Positions 35,809 through 57,801 of a stretch of 64,000 bases of DNA are shown here, piece by piece (the first letter of the stretch is position 1; each line of letters starts with the position of its first letter). This DNA is from Amoebidium appalachense (Eukaryota > Protista > Ichthyosporea). A program made the position numbers and the translations under genes. The stretch covers positions 3,066,722 to 3,130,721 of the forward strand of contig CAVNZM010000013.1 in NCBI GenBank assembly GCA_963693365.1, in the 5' to 3' direction. The notes beneath the pieces were generated by a model. That model made no database searches and had not been told where the DNA came from. It saw only the letters and a list, made by a program, of their open reading frames with translations.

Positions 35809-37621
35809 TATGTGTGTGCGCGCGTGTGCGCGTGTGTGTGTCACGGTGTGTGCGTGTGTGTGCCACGCCTGTGCTGCCAGTTTTACATTTGTGTTCACGC
35901 GTATGCGGGGAAAAAGGTATTTGTATTGGAAACGTGTTGAGGATGACCTGTGCCTGATTTTTGTGGAGCTCCTCAACAAAACCCTTGTATACTCTTTCGC
36001 TGCAACTTTTTGGAAGGCTATTTATCCGTTGTCGTGTGATCAGGCAATACACACAGGTCACACCTGCCACATCTCATAAAATTATTATGGACATTACATT
36101 ACATTTCTTGCAATTGTAGACATGATCATCATCTTGCCAGCTCTCTCATTCGTATTTATAACCTACAAACCCATCTCTGTTGTCCGCACAACTAATTTTA
36201 GCGCCCATGTAATACCCCACACCGGTACTCACCACACGCACCACCTCAGATTCTCCACAGCCCAGGCCTTTCCTTCGGCAGATACATGCGGCAGTGCCAC
36301 CCTTTTGGGCGCAAAACGCACCGACGGACGCCTGTTCGCAGCATTCCAGCGCGCACTGGACACAAAAGACCCGGCACAGGACCGGCCCATCACAGCCGGC
36401 CCGACCCGAATTCTTTTCGCGCGGGGGACCTCAGGAAAATTCGGCTACCACGGTACTGACCGCGGCACAACCACCATCCATTTTATGAATAAAACCAGCG
36501 ATTCTGCAGCTGCCAATAGCACCAATACCACCGAATCCGCCGAAAATGTCACCACGATCGATCTCACCTTCAGCAATTACACCGTATCAGAAAACTCTAC
36601 GTCGTATATCTGCACCTCGTGGGATATTCTACCAATGCTCAACGGGAGCGCCGCGCACGTGGTTGCGTTTGAACCAATCATTGACAACCGCACTTTTGGA
36701 GCAGACGCGCCCAAGGTGCACCATGTGACACTGCATTTGTGCGATGACGCCAACACGACGGATTTCGGAAAATGGAACGTAACTCCCGGAAATTGCCTTG
36801 AGACCGGAAAGAAGGGCTGCCAGAGGTACATCTTCGCCTTTGCGTCCGGAGGCGGCATCTTTGAACTACCTAAGGAGGCCGGGTTTGTGATTGGAAATTC
36901 GACTATGGATAGGTACGTGCTGATAGAGATGCACTACGACAACCCAAAGCAGACCGCAAACCACACCGACTCCTCCGGAATTCGCCTGCACGTGACCAAA
37001 GATCTGCGAAAAAACAACGCCGGCCTCATGGTTTTGGGCTCCATCGCCCTTAATGACAACATGACAATTCCTGCCAAATCTTCCATGTACGAATATGAAT
37101 TCGACTGCCCGGGCAAATGCACGGAAAGATGGATTGAAAACCTGACGGTATTTGCCGATTTCCTACACATGCACCAGATCGGATCGAAAATGTGGACCTC
37201 CCACACGGCGGCGAACGGATCGCGCCTTCCGGATCTCAATCGCGTCGATTACTTCAGTTTTGGAATGCAGCAATTTGTCACCTTGGACCCCCCCAGAGTT
37301 CTTCAGCCCGGAGACCGCCTCAGCACCCACTGCGTCTACTCAAACCCCAGCGAAAATTCGGTGGAGTTTGGGGTCCAAAGCACCGAAGAAATGTGCATGG
37401 ATTTCGTCATGTATTACCCGGCGGTTCCCGATTGGACGTATTGTGGTCACGCGATTGCTAGCCTCCCCGGGATGCAGCCGTTCAATCTGACTCTGTGTGG
37501 GTCCATTAAGAGGGAGAAGGCTCTGATCACACAACCCAACCCGACAATGAGAGACCCCCCCGTGACCCTTGAAAATTACTTTGGCATGGATACGAGCGCA
37601 AACTATACGTGCAAGAAGTGA
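35345..37621 (+). CDS. Secreted DOMON-domain copper type II ascorbate-dependent monooxygenase (DBH/TBH/MOXD1-like), ~571 aa
   Basis: Exons 35345-35688 and 36250-37621, joined by a phase-2 GT-AG intron (VVD-R-FST). It has a signal peptide and DOMON motifs GWFGLGL, MAGADI, FQRALDTKD and YHG. Copper-ligand motifs are VHHVTLH, EMHYDN, HMH and EEMC. There are many N-x-S/T sequons. Confidence 0.92.
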
Positions 37622-37700
37622 GAAAGAGCCGACTGTTAGTTTATCGGGCTAATGTTTCCTTTTACGCACAATTTGGTTCACGTTTCCCCCCCTCGTTTAT

Positions 37701-37733
<33 letters not shown>

Positions 37734-39767
37734 AAAGTGCTAGACTTAGCCACTGATATTTTTTTTTTTATTGCCACATGCTCTAGCGGGTTGTGTGTGT
37801 ATAAAGACCAGGTAGTTTTCTTTTTTCTTTCTTTTTTTTTTTCTTTTTACTTTTTTTTTTTTTTCCTTTTTTTTTTCCCCCTTTTTATTTCCCCTCCGCC
37901 CAACAGTTGTGTCAGTTGATGAGCCGACGACATAGCCAAATTGATTTGCTCGAGGTATCGCAAGCTGTACAGCAGTAGTGTATGAACCGTTTATGCTGTA
38001 AATGTAGGATTAGACCTTCAGCGATTTAAAAAACTAATTGACACTTTGATGATTTAGTGCACGGGTAACCTTTTAATCCGTGCAGTTTTAATTTGAAAAA
38101 ACATTTGGAGGGTCTATCTTGAAGGAATTTAAAAGCTTTGTGCTGGAAAAAATGTGTTGCAAAACCATCGAGTCCATCCCCCTCCCTTTCCCCCCCCTCC
38201 CCACTCCCCCCTCCCCCCTCCCCCCTTCCCCCCTCTCTCCCCCCTTTCCCCCTTCCCCCCAACCACCACTACAATACCTCTGCCAAAGGCACCATGTTTC
38301 TGTTATCAGTGTATACTTCGTACTCCACTAGTAAAGCATTCTAGCCCCCCCCCCCCCCCCCCCCCCCCCCCCCCTTCCCCCCACCTCCGCCCCACCCACC
38401 TGCCCACCCACCCATCGTCCCCGTTTCAACTCCTACTCGGCGTCGGCTGCTCCCCCCCGGCCCCCCTTTAACCTTCCACCCCACCCATCCTCCTCCCCAG
38501 TCCCCGCTCCTCCCTACACACGTGTTCAGATGTGTAAGGAGTGTTGAACATACAATCAGCCCCCCCCCCCCCCCCCCCCCCCACCCCCCACCGCCCCTTC
38601 CCACCCCCTTCCCCAACACACACACACATACACACGACACTCCCACAGGTGCACAAGGACGTACACACACATATTGCAACTGTGCCCCAAGCTAGCCCAT
38701 GCCAAGGCTTCCACCACCACCACAGCCTCGAAACGGGAGCAGATATGAGCAGATATGATATTGAGGGAAAAAACTGTCCTTCAGCCCCCCCTAACCCCCT
38801 CACCTCCTCCCCCTCCCTCCCCCCCCCCCCCCCCCCCCGCCCTCCTTGTGAGTGCCTATATCAATCTTCCAAACCACCCCCCCCCCCCCCCCCGTGTGTG
38901 TGTGCAAGTGGGCGGGTGGGAGGGGGGGAGGAGTCGAGGAGGCTAGAGGTCATCATGGGGAGGGGAGGGGAGGGGGGCATGTGGGGGAATGTTTCGGGGT
39001 GGGGGGAGGGGGGGGGGGGGGGGGACGATGGTTGTGTGTGTTGCGGTGTGTGTGTGGGTGGGTGGGCAGGTGGGGGTGGGGGGGGGGGAGGGGGGGAGGG
39101 GGGCGGGGTGAGGGGAGAGAGGCTCTTTGATCCGTGCAAAGAGATCAATGCCTGGGTTGGCAAAGATGGGCAACTTGAAGTGTTGTGACACGGAAAGGGG
39201 AAGGGCAGGTGTTACAATGTTCGTGTGACAAGTTGCAGGTCTGGCACACAGGCACATTTGGCCACACCTCTTACACCTTTTGCATTTGCTACCGTTTTGT
39301 AGGCGAATATGTAGCATGTATCCTGTTTGCTAAATCATTGGACCTGGTACGGGCACTTGCTCCCCTCGCCCCCCCTCCCCCCCCCCCCTCCCCCCACCGC
39401 CCGAGTTGCCGCATTCACCCCCTGTCCCCCACCCACCCTCTCTCCCCTTCTCCCCCCCCCCCCCCCCCCCCCCCCCTCTCCCCCCCCCCCCCCCCCCCCC
39501 CCCCCCCGCGGAGTCGCCGCTTTCACGTGCACCCTCCTCCTCCTCTGCAACTCATCTAACCACCATCCTTCTTCACAATTACTCCCCTCCCACCCTTTCC
39601 CTTTAAACTTTTACTTATCTTCCCAACAGTAACTTATTTGGATAAATTCAACATGAGAATTGTGGCTTAGAGCCCGTCAACAAGCTTCATGTCGCCAAAT
39701 CAGTATGACCGTCATCCAATCAAACACATGGGAACCTATCTGCGGCGACCAATCAGTGCATGCGCAC

Positions 39768-40492
<725 letters not shown>

Positions 40493-40993
40493 TGTTGGTG
40501 CTTATTGGGTGGGACGGGGGGGGGGGGGGGGGGGGGGGGGAGGAGGAGGAGCGGAGGGGATGAAGGGAATAGGAAGCAAGTATGGCATGGTTGTCGGAAT
40601 ATATAATGCCAAGGTCATAGAAGAGCAATTACTCAACCATCAGTGTTTGTTTTTTTTTAACCCTCTTTTGGTGATGATGGGTGGGGTTAAGGAAAGGAAA
40701 GATGTATGCACTGACACAACATCCATGTAACTTCAAGACACACTGGCATATTAGCTTGCTGTGGCGGCTCCGTTAAGATTTTTGAGCAGTGTTCAGGTTA
40801 TAACTAAATATTGTTGTTATTGCTATCTTAGTAAGTTGTTTGTTTTCATTTTTTTCTTTTTTTCCTCCTTTCCTGAGCTTCTAGAGCAAAGTCTGCTTGC
40901 TCCCTCAAACCCCCTTCCCCCCTCCCCCCCCACCCCCCCCCCCCCCCACCCCACCCCCTAACCTCTACCTCCAAACCGTTGCCACCTACCATA

Positions 40994-41055
<62 letters not shown>

Positions 41056-41401
41056 ACCTTGACCATCATTGTTAACTTCTCAGTACGGTATTCCAACCAA
41101 CGGTAAATACCAACCAACCTGTAAAGAGGTAGGTTTACACGGTCTGAATTTTGGGGGAAGTGAAAGGGGGAGGAAAAGAAGAGACTGAGAAAGAGGTGGG
41201 GAAGGGGGAGGGGGGGAGGGGTACGCAGGGGGGAGGGGAGGGCGGGGTAGTAATGAAATACCAAGCAGAATGGTGAGAGTGTATTATCCGTGGGGGATAT
41301 CTTCACACAAACCGACCACTCGTTTTTGCCCGCTCCACCAATTCGAGCTTGCTTTCAGTACATGTATGCATAGCTGCCTTCGTATCCCCCCCCCCCCCCC
41401 C

Positions 41402-41437
<36 letters not shown>

Positions 41438-41617
41438 TTCACACATACACACACATCTCTTCAAAAAAGAACGTAGAAACAAGAAAAAAACCCTTGCTGC
41501 TCAAGTTCAGAGTGACTATAATTGTCAATATTCAGTTTTACGGTAACAAAAGGACTCTTAGGCTATGCATGTCACTCGGAGAGCTGCGTCTACAACCAGA
41601 AACGGAAGGGGGAGAGG

Positions 41618-41655
<38 letters not shown>

Positions 41656-41885
41656 GGGGGGGGGAGGTTTTCAAGTGAAAAAACCCCACATTCTCTAACG
41701 GTTTCCGGTCGATTATCTTACTGGGCCACTCAGCCATTCCACATATTCATTGCCGGTGGCGATCGAGTGTGGGCCAGACACAGATAATCCCCCCCCCCCC
41801 CCCCCTCCCCCCCTCCCCCTCCCCCTCCCTCCCCCCCCCCTCCTTCCCCTCGCGCTCCTTCCCTCCCCCCCCCCCTCCCCCCCTC

Positions 41886-41924
<39 letters not shown>

Positions 41925-42043
41925 ATTTTCCCCGGGGAATGCCCATTTTTTGTAAGGCGGAGAAGCCTGTGAAACGCAGAATTTGAAGACGTTCAACACA
42001 TAATGGAAAAAAAGGGGGTGTGTGGGTTTTTTTTTTTTTTTTT

Positions 42044-42074
<31 letters not shown>

Positions 42075-42710
42075 GAAGGGGAGGGCTCCGAGCTTACTAG
42101 TTGTCACCATTGGGAGAAAATACTGATAATAAGGATATGAGAACCATTTAGTACACTTTTTTTTTTTTTTTTTTTTTTTTTGGTTTGCTTTGTTTTTTCC
42201 TGCTCTTTTTTTCTTTTTCTTTAATTTCCCTTCTTTTTTTTTCACGGGGGGGAAGAGGGCTCGAGGAACGGGGGAGGAGGAAAGGGCCTCCGAGTCTGTA
42301 TGAAGCAAAGCCACCCCCCCCCCCCCCCCCTCCCCCCTCCCCCCCCCTCCCCCCCCCCCCCCCCCCCCCCCGCCCCCCTCCTTCTGTCCCCCTTTTAACC
42401 CTGCGGTTCCCCCCCTCCCCCCCCCCCCCCCCCCCCCCCCCCTCCACGCTCCCACCATTGTCTTCCCAGCACTTCAACCGTTACCGGAAAAAAACACCCC
42501 ACCTTTGCCAAGTTGCCAAATTACGGTTACTCGTTATTGTTCTTCTAATGATCATTGTATGTAGGTTACCTTCGTAATTCTGTATATCGGATTTCATCTT
42601 GGCCTTTTTTCCCATTTTCCAACATCTAGTTTGCGTGCGGCCAGTTTTTTTCTTTCTCTTCATCATCTCAAGTTCTCGCACTCCTTCCCTCTCTCTCGAG
42701 ACTGTCTCTT

Positions 42711-42742
<32 letters not shown>

Positions 42743-43260
42743 CCTCCGCCACACCTTCCCCTGCTGCCCCCCCTCCCCCCCCCCTCCCCTTCTTTATTCT
42801 CCTTCCTCATTTTGTTTTCCTGTTGCTTTTTTTGTTGTTGCTGGAAGAGAGGAGAGAGGGGGAAGGGGGGGGGGGGAGGGGGGAGGGTCCACATCGGGCA
42901 CATAGCAGCTCTATCCTTATCCCTGTGTACTCTTGCTAGTATTACGTCATTGGCTGTTATCGAACCCATGGTCTCCCAGTGACGTGCTTTCACTAAACTA
43001 AGTAAAACTTTGAAAAAGCCATGCACAGTGCACAAACACACACACACGCGCACACACAGGCACATAGACACCCGCGCGCACACACCTACGTACACACGCA
43101 CACACGCACACACGCACACACGCACATGCACACATACACACGCCATACACAGTTGCCTAAGCACGGATGTACACACATGCACACACAATCTCGAATCCCT
43201 TTTTGTCTTCTAGATATCTATGAGTCATTTTTCGTCTTTCCCCACACCGGTGCACACACA

Positions 43261-43372
<112 letters not shown>

Positions 43373-43387
43373 CCCCCCCCCCCTCTA

Positions 43388-43478
<91 letters not shown>

Positions 43479-45805
43479 CTCCCCCCCCCCCCCCCCTCTC
43501 TGTCTCTCTCTCTCTCTCTATTTATCTCTCTCTCTTTCTCTCTCCATCTCTCTCTCTCTCTCTCCTCCCCCCCCCCCCCCCCCTCTCTCTCTCCCCCCCC
43601 CCCCCTATCTCTCTCCCTTCTCCACCCCCTCCCCCCCCCCCCCTTTAACCCTCCCCCCCCCCCCCCCCCCCCCCTTCCCCCCCTTTCTTTCTTTCCCAAT
43701 CTCCCCGCCGGAAGCTTCCCCCCTCCCGGCCCGGGCCCTCCCCCCCTCCCCCCGGTCCTTTCGGTTCTTATCGTGATATACGGCTATATACGTGATTGGA
43801 TTCCATACCCGTTGAATTTAGCACTAATCAGTTTCGGGCCTATCTATGCAACTAACAGAACACGGCACATGTACAGCACATATTACTTGCATGGAATCAT
43901 CGTTCGAATTCGTGCTAAATTTGCTGACCCGAGTTCGACTCACGAGTCACGACTCGGCCCGGGGCCAGCTGCGCAGCGCACGTGCACTCAGAAACGTGAA
44001 AAAAGTTCATACATTCCGAAAGTTTGGCAGGGGCTTTCACGAGTAAAATACACGAATTCAAGTGCACTGAAATAGATATTGATATTGATATCGATATCGA
44101 TATCGGTATGGCATCAACAATATATCATTCTTACTTGACTGTTTTCGTGCCTGACTCAGTCCCTCAGTAGTACAGTCTAAAGTGTCGTTCGACAAGATGA
44201 CCCGCGCTGCGAGCAATATTCAAATTTTGAAATTTTTGGAGTGCTGTCGATCGATTGGCCAATAACTGTGAATCACGGAGAGGGGGGGCAAAAGGCTTAA
44301 AAGAGGATATTCGGACCAATCAAAAATGACTCTTTTTCATGAGGTACAGCGAATAGGAACTTGGACTCGCACTGTCTCTTTTTTGCCACCCTCCATCCTC
44401 CTACACCCAAGGCCCAGACAAGAAAATGTTAGGTGATCTGTTTTTTGCACTTTTATCTACAACAATGTTCAAGTAAAACTAAAAAGATGGGCATATAGTG
44501 TTTTATATCACAATATTTGACCAAAAACAACAGCTTTCGACGACAGTTAAGCGGAAAACACTCGGTCAAGTGCACACAGATTTTGAAGGCATTCAAGCAA
44601 ACTTAGCGAAATTTGGAAAAACCGCATTTTGACCTGATGCTTTTTTTTGTTAGGTGACTTTTTTTTTTTTTTTTTTTTCTTTTGACTGGATTTATTCGAC
44701 GGAAAGATATGACAAGTATGCACGGCATACTGAGAAGACAATAAAAACTTCACGAGTTATCCAGTAACAAGTGCATACTGAGAGGGATTGCAAAGTCAGT
44801 GACCGTCGTGAGGCCCATGGGCCACAGGGGGCGGGCCACAGCTCCCGCAAGCTCGGGAGGGGGACCAGTCAAGCTCGAAAAAAGAAAAACCAAAGAATGG
44901 TGTGCGAAAAAATAGATTATCATGAAATGAAATATTTTCTAAACTTATTTGGTCATAATCTCATAACAAAAAATCTGAAAACAATAAAACCCATCCCAAA
45001 CCCCGGCCCACATGTTAATCGATGGCGAGTCGACGAGGCCTATTGGACTATCATTGGCCCACTAAATCCAACCAGTACACAGTTCCGTGGGTCTTTATAG
45101 AACGGTACTGGTAATAGTCTGGTACGCCCATTTGTGAGGCAAAGTAAATACACAATGACGGGAGCTCTTGAGGTCCTTTTAATGAAAAATAAAGAGCACG
45201 TGTAAATTCGTTTTTCAACTAAATCAACGAGAAACATCGGAAAATAATGGACAACTGCGTTTGCTCAAGAACGGATTGTATCTGAAAGCTTCCCCCTGTA
45301 TTACTTACGCGTTTTTAAAAAAAAAATTCTATACTGAAAATTATCGCCGTAAATATAAACTGGGTACTGTAGAACGAATATACAAAATTCCAACGATACA
45401 GAAATACATCAATATTTCACGCTTCAAAAAATCGTTAAGTTATTATATTGTATAGTAAAATGGTCTAAATGAAGCAACGATATAATGTGTAAACTCTGCG
45501 TTGTCGAGTCAGCTAGTCGGAAGATATTGAAATTTTTTGTCAGTCGACGACTCTTTGGGCAAGCTTATTGATACTCGTCTCTAGGGGAATATCCGCATTT
45601 GACTTATCGATTTACGATTGGCAGTCCCTGACATCAGGTACCATATCCTACCGGTAAATGGTAAGCAAGGCATGCAACCATATGATTGGATAACATAGTA
45701 TTCTAAGATGTTTAAAATATGTTAAAATAAGATAAACTGGTATATATACACTCCTGGTTCCTGGGTCATGCGCCTCTAAATCGTCCCCCGCACTTCTCTC
45801 CCAAC

Positions 45806-46027
45806 TATAAATACCCGCCACAATTCCTGGAGCTCTCGGTGTCACCTGTTTCATGAAACGTTTGTCGCCAACACAACATGAAACAAAAACATCAGTAGAT
45901 GTTGGAAACCAGAATAATGTGTGTGTTTAGTGATTCTGCCAGCCTCTCCCGTGCAATCCCACGTTCCGCTTTCATCACGGCCGACCCATACTTTTGGCCT
46001 GGCCGCCCAACCCAGCGCGACAGATAA
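45806..46027 (+). promoter_or_regulatory. TATA box and three candidate uORFs in the bZIP leader
   Basis: TATAAATA at 45806-45813. ATG-stop units at 45853-45930, 45878-45898 and 45899-46027. The main ATG is at 46133. The transcription start is not known. Confidence 0.4.
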
Positions 46028-46132
46028 ACTATATTCCGGTCTTTTTCGTTTGATTGCTTCTTCGTTTTACTTGAGATAGCTGTGTGCAAGAATACATTTT
46101 GCGACCATCGTGCAAGGAAGGCAAGCCCAAAA

Positions 46133-47182
46133 ATGTTTGAATTCGCTATTGATAATATTCTTGCTGGCGGAGACCTGGAGAAGAATCTTGCTGGTGAGTT
46201 TCTCTCCCTCCTCTCCCTCACCCGCACCTTTTAACTCTCACTAATGATTCATCTTATCTTCTCGTTGGTTCTTGTTTTTGTGCGTATTCTCTATGTAGGC
46301 ACAAAGCCGAGTGCTGGGACACAATATCTGGTGATGTTTAGCCTTCCTCTTCCCTCGCGATTTGTTTTTCTCTTTCTCCGGAGGACATGCTGCCATTTGA
46401 CAAGGCTTAACCTTTAAGGATGCACAATAGAACTCGCCAGCTGACTCTATCCCTCTCCAGGTCTTGCCAGCGTTGGTGCGTTCAACCCGTTTGCAGCCAG
46501 CCTCTACGGGGCCACTGCGTTCAACGGGTTTCTCGACCTCTCGGGCCTCCCTGCCCTCACTGGTGGGCTTGAAAATGCCACCTCCCTCCCATCCATCCCG
46601 TTCCCGAATCTCCAGACAACTCTGTCGCAGACCAGCCTAGGGGAAGAGGACCCATCTCTCACTGATATCGATGCCTTGTTCGATTTCAGCAGCACCACAA
46701 CGGGGCCTAGCTCCCCCGAGTCGCACAGCGCACCTGTTTCTTCCCCCGGTTCCCCTGCCACTGCCACTGCCAGTGCAAACACGTTCCGGGGGTTTGCCAG
46801 GCCGCTTCCAGAACTCAACAGGCGTGCAAGCCAGCAGTCGAACAGCACCACAAGTGGCGGGGAGGAGCCAGGGAAGAAGAAGCGTAGGCGACCCAAGCCA
46901 AGGATGTCCGACCTTCCACCCGAGGAGGCACAGGCAAAGAGAGAGAGCAACCGGGAGAGTGCAAGGAAGTGCCGTGAGCGCAAGAGGGAGAGAGATCTGC
47001 TTTCTGGAGCGGAGAACGAGGCTGTTAGGCGCGAACTCGCTGACTTGAGACAGCAGGTGCAGGTGTTGACCGCCATGGTGCTTGAAAGGGATGCGACCAT
47101 TGCGGCGCTAACCGGCCAGCCCTTGGCGAAGAGACTGAGACTTGACAGCATGACTGCATCGATGGCTAATGTTACTGTGTAG
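46133..47182 (+). CDS. bZIP transcription factor (~260 aa) with N-terminal eh1-like motif
   Basis: Exon 1 46133-46193 (MFEFAIDNILAGGDLEKNLA, donor G|GTGAGT) joins in phase 1 to 46461-47182. The basic region is KRESNRESARKCRERK (N-x7-R), followed by the zipper NEAVRRELADLRQQVQVL and preceded by a KKKRRRPKPR NLS. A small middle exon near 46299 is possible. Confidence 0.88.
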
Positions 47183-48297
47183 GCTGTATGTGAGAGTTTG
47201 TTCGTAAAGAATAGGATATTAGAATTGTTATGGCTTGAACGGAGTGGGTTTTAAAAATTGGTCGGTAGTTCAAAGCATCTTTCGTCTTATGGGAAACTGT
47301 AATAGAACGGCAACTAAGGATGTGTTGTCATGTGTTTTAGCAAATGGAAAGGGAAAAGTGGCACATTGCTGTGCGCTGCACCCGTAATCCGAAGACTATT
47401 GCCACTGTGTGGTGGTGGTTGTATTGTGCTGATATAAATTTACCTGAAGATGTTGCCGCTAGTAGAAGGAAACATCGAGATGGATCCCTTGCTATGTGCG
47501 AGAGGAGATGACAGTCGGCATGCTTGTTATAACATCGAATAAACTGGTGGTGCATCACTTGCATGGACATCACAAAGGTTGTTACATATCCTTATTGCTG
47601 TTTACCACCTCATGATTTCGTTGTTTACTTAAAATCACGGATCAACATTTCAGTAAACAACGAAATCATCATTGAGCCCCCCGCACGAGTAAACTGATGA
47701 AAGCATATGTGCCTACTTGATGTCCTGCGAAGCAATGGCCAGGTGAAACTCTATATAATATTCTCCTTTTTCTCTCACGCACCATTCTCCGTTTTTCGTG
47801 CAAAAGTTCATACAAAATCCCCATTGCGTGGCTCCGGAACTGATTTCCTTTTAAACACCCACAAGTACTGAATTATAGACACCATGGAAGGAGATGGCTC
47901 TAAGATGGAAGGAGATGGCTCTAAGAAGTAAGAAGCATCAATAGTTTTTGGAGCTAATTTGCCTGTGCACGTGCTGGAGTCCTACTTTTAAATTAGTAAT
48001 CGTTTCTTAAACGTGAATCTCGTATAAGTGTTTGGAAGAGTCGGTTATAAGTGTAGGGTACAAATATCTTGTGATTCACGTGTACGCTAATAGGTGCTGT
48101 GAATGCCGAAAGTATACTCGACGTGTCACAGTCACACCCTTTTCTTAAGGTAAAGTAAACGTGCACGGAGTTCATAACACCGTGACATTTTGACGTGGTT
48201 TGCATACACACACTCATGCATGCGTGCACCTTCGTGCGCAAACACACGTCCCCAGCGTGGCACACGTGCACAGCCACACGCACCGTACACATATGAT

Positions 48298-48345
<48 letters not shown>

Positions 48346-48624
48346 CATCGCGTGCACATGCACGCATGCACGCACGCACGCACAAACACACACACGTATA
48401 ACACACACACACGTTCACATACACTCACAAACAACCCCCCCCCCCCCCCCCCCCCCCTCCCCCCCCCAACTCCCCCGGAGTCCCTGGGCCAATCCTAATA
48501 TAATAGGAATACATATCGAATTCTAAGGCCTATGATAGGTCAAAAGGAACAGAGTTGCCTACATGTCACGCGAAGCAGGATAAATGAATGGTTTGTCATT
48601 TCTTTTTAATAGGTTCTAAATCCG

Positions 48625-48664
<40 letters not shown>

Positions 48665-49615
48665 AAAAAAAGGCCCGAGTCACACACACGTGCACTCTGC
48701 CACACGCTTTCTCTCGGCCAATCTTTCCGGGGAGCGGGAATCGGTGGCGGTGGCGGTGTGTGTGTGTGTGTGTGTGTGTAGGTGGGTGGGGGGAGGGGGG
48801 AGGGGGGGGGGGGGGGGGGGGGAAAAAGGGAGGGCGGGAGGGAGGGTAAAAACACCTTTCAACTACCCTTTTCTTATTGTGCTTTCAGGCACACCCGGTG
48901 TATGGCATGTAATCAAACCTCCAATGCATTTGAATCCTCAAGGGTCAAAGATAAAAAACCAATAATAAATCTACTGCATACTATGCAAGCATACATAAAC
49001 CTGGGCACCCATGCAATTTACATGTAATTATGCGCCTGCCTCACACTAAGATTTTACACAGCCTTACTATTATTAATTACTCAACATTGTTCTTTTCTTT
49101 CCCCCGTCTAATTTAAATGTACACAAGTATTGCTACTGAAGTATTAATTTTTATATTATTAAACTTTCACATGCACAATTTCACAAGTTTATAATTTGCT
49201 GATGACGATGATCAAGGGGGACATCATTGCATTAACGCACAGATAGATTTTGCATCTGTTATGTACTTGAGCAAAACCATTTCTGCGACGTGCATTGTTC
49301 TTCTAAATTCCATTTACACTGCCACACACAACATTAGCTTTGCCGCAACTATTAGGAAGCAATATGCCAGTGATACAGTTGGGGTCTCAACGAGAGACAA
49401 CGTGACACCCGTGATTTCGGCACAAAGGAAAGGGGCAGGGGGAAAAAAAAATATTAATAAATCACAATAATAATAATAAAAAAAGAAAAGAAAAGAAAAG
49501 AAAAAATTTAAACACGCTATGGGTGTGGTGGTGGTTGGTGGCAGTGGTGGTGGTGAGTGAGTGGGTCGTATGCCCACCCTCTTATCGTACCCATCAACAC
49601 TCACATCCGCATTCC

Positions 49616-57384
<7,769 letters not shown>

Positions 57385-57748
57385 GATGCATACAACAGAT
57401 TCTGTGGGAATGTGTGTGTGTGTGCATGTGTGTGTGTGTGTGTGTGTTGGGGGGGGGGGGGGGGGGGGGGAGAGGGGAGAGGGGGGGAGAGGGAAGATGT
57501 GTTGGGCGGGTGGGTGGGTGAATGGGGGAAAGGGAGAGATGGGGGTTGGGCAGGAGGGGGGGGGGGGGGGGGGGGAGGGGGGGATGATAGTTGGAAGAGG
57601 GGGTTGTTAGATAAAAGTGAACCATGCAGAGCACGAGGTAGGGATATCTATTATCAGGGTTATGGAAATTGCACACACGAAAAGCACATGGAACGGGAGC
57701 AGAGTGAACAGGGGGGAAATAAAAGTGAGGTCTCAGGATGTGGCATGT

Positions 57749-57801
<53 letters not shown>

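Noticed and set aside
36122-36249. ORF-track start of the 499-aa monooxygenase at 36122
   Set aside because: It is intronic read-through. The real N-terminus, with signal peptide and first half of the DOMON domain, is exon 35345-35688.
46504-47151. 215-aa minus-strand ORF
   Set aside because: It is antisense to the bZIP exon and has no recognisable features.
47884-47925. 21-nt perfect tandem duplication (ATGGAAGGAGATGGCTCTAAG x2) and the GATATy hexamer run at ~44075-44105
   Set aside because: Both are real but trivial local duplications, with no sign of a mobile element (no terminal repeats or transposase).
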